Assembly: GCF_006345805.1 (NCBI RefSeq)
Contig: NC_042997.1
Location: 96,348,001-96,412,000 of the forward strand
DNA from: Octopus sinensis
Taxonomy: Eukaryota
Length of the DNA: 64,000 nt
Direction of reading: 5' to 3'
Shown: positions 62,379-64,000 of the stretch, in pieces
Layout of the letters: the number at the start of each line of letters is the position of its first letter
Numbering within the stretch: the first letter of the stretch is position 1
Translations under genes and position numbers: made by a program
Notes under the pieces: model-generated
The model's database searches: none
What the model was told of the DNA's origin: nothing
The model's input: only the letters and a program-made list of their open reading frames with translations

Positions 62379-64000
62379 CATGTCTTTGCATTAATCAGTA
62401 TTAGGTTTCCACCATAATGATTTGTTTCTAACAACTGATGTTAGTTTTCTGATTTGTATGAACTCAGATTTTATTTCAATATTCTTACGTATCAACTTGG
62501 TATGTGTTTGTTCGTTGCCATCATGTTAACTGCTGATGATATGGATTTTGCTGTGAGGCATCTTCGACATATGTAAGGTGATGTCTGCTTGAATCTTGAT
62601 AAATAATTCTGTATTAGAATTTCTACAGGGGCGTTTATGGCATTTTTCTTTATCTTTCTTTTTTTTTCTTTTTTTTTTTTGCTACTATATCTTTCTTTGG
62701 GAAAACTTTTCTTACAGAACTTGTTTTAGAATTCATCAATTCTTCAATGAAGTTTAGACTATACCACAATTATATCAGCAACTTTCAATTATAGTTTTAT
62801 TTGATTGAATGTTTGAAGAATTCTTGTTGCGGGTCAACATCGATTGCAACTTATATATATAAGTCAATTTTGAAAGAGTTAAGATTCAGAAAGTTTCTCA
62901 CATATCAGAGCGCTGACACTATAAATATGACAAATGTATGAGTCAGACATACATTAATTCTTCTCGTGCTTGAAGTAAACTTGTTGGTATTCAGAATCAA
63001 AGGACTATACTTCATAGATTGCGCACGTACAACACTGATCACAGTGTTATTAAATTACAATGAAAATCCGTTCGATACTAGCGTTTATTCGTCTGAATAT
63101 ATATTCTTTCACGTAGATAAAGTTAATTGATTCACGTAATCTATTAGATAGAAGAGGTAACGTTTGAAGATGTCATTTCCAGATACTTATATCAAACTAT
63201 TCATCTTGTTGATTCCTAAATTTTACTTTTACTACTGACATTATTAAATCGAAGCTACTAGCAAATAATATTAGGAGCTAAGAGAACTCAGTTATACAAA
63301 TGACTTGTAACATATAGATTAAGATTTAGTTTCTCTGAAATGCTCTCTAACTCAATGAACTACAATGTTAGACAATCAACAGTAAAGATTTTCGAAAAAC
63401 CTTCTATACGTATCCTAAAATATGAAATACAGATTAAAAGTAATCATTATTTCAAAGTTGAGTTGCCATAAGATTGGAAGTTGATAAGCAAAAACTAAAA
63501 CAGAAACTAGTTCTTTTGAAACTATCGCACTCATATTTTTTGTTACTATAGTTAACACAAAACGACACTCCGATAAATAATGAAACAACGTGAGATATAT
63601 GATATCTATTTATCACCATTTTCACTGTTATATAAACGCAAGAGATTTTTTTCTGATTTTGCATGGAAATCTAGTATGTACGAAATTTTTAAAGATAATT
63701 ATACTGAATACGAAGCAAAAATATAAATGCATTCAGACACTAAATAAAAATGAACATAATATTTTATGCATTTATAGCCAATTACGTTTACGAAAGAAAG
63801 TGATTAGCTCTCATAATATGAAGCATTAAATTTGAAGTTAATCCTTTCATTAATATGAGGATGTTGCCCGATTCTTCTGTTCTATATTTGATCCTATTGT
63901 TATCAAAATAGCCTATTGAATTAATTCTATCGTGTATCAGACATTTGTACGGGCAAACATGAATACACAATCAACACTTTACTTTGTAAAAATATACTCC

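Noticed and set aside
1046-62434. Dozens of supplied ORFs rich in YI/CV/HT/LS dipeptides
   Set aside because: They are translations of (TA)n, (TG)n, (CA)n, (GA)n and (TATG)n microsatellites with no coding signal.

Overview
AT-rich, microsatellite-dense animal DNA with no confidently identifiable host protein-coding gene. The SINE and repeat families suggest an octopod cephalopod; this is an inference from recalled repeat consensuses and has not been checked. Most of the supplied ORFs are translations of (TA)n/(CA)n/(TATG)n tracts. Real content: many tRNA-headed SINE copies from about five families; a 6.5-kb Penelope-like element (PLE; RT plus GIY-YIG) arranged as two divergent inverted arms (16231-22743); four further PLE relics; three ORF1-only gag/RRM-zinc-knuckle relics with no adjacent ORF2; an internally deleted hAT-like transposon; mariner/MITE pieces; two R4/Dong-type LINE 3' fragments; several fold-back palindromes and tandem duplications. 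The most striking signal is about 14 type I hammerhead ribozyme (HHR) motifs, intact or decayed, from about 8 otherwise unrelated sequence families. Most share a self-complementary stem III (ACGTACGT, ACATATGT, ACAATTGT, ACGGTGCATCGT) and often an unusually long stem II. They lie in PLE pseudo-LTRs and in non-coding 0.35-1.2-kb elements lodged in (TA)n tracts. One of these is a ~590-bp tandem-plus-inverted array with four intact HHRs (9221-11594) that looks like a retrozyme/circular-RNA producer. All RNA structures were paired by eye and none is experimentally shown.
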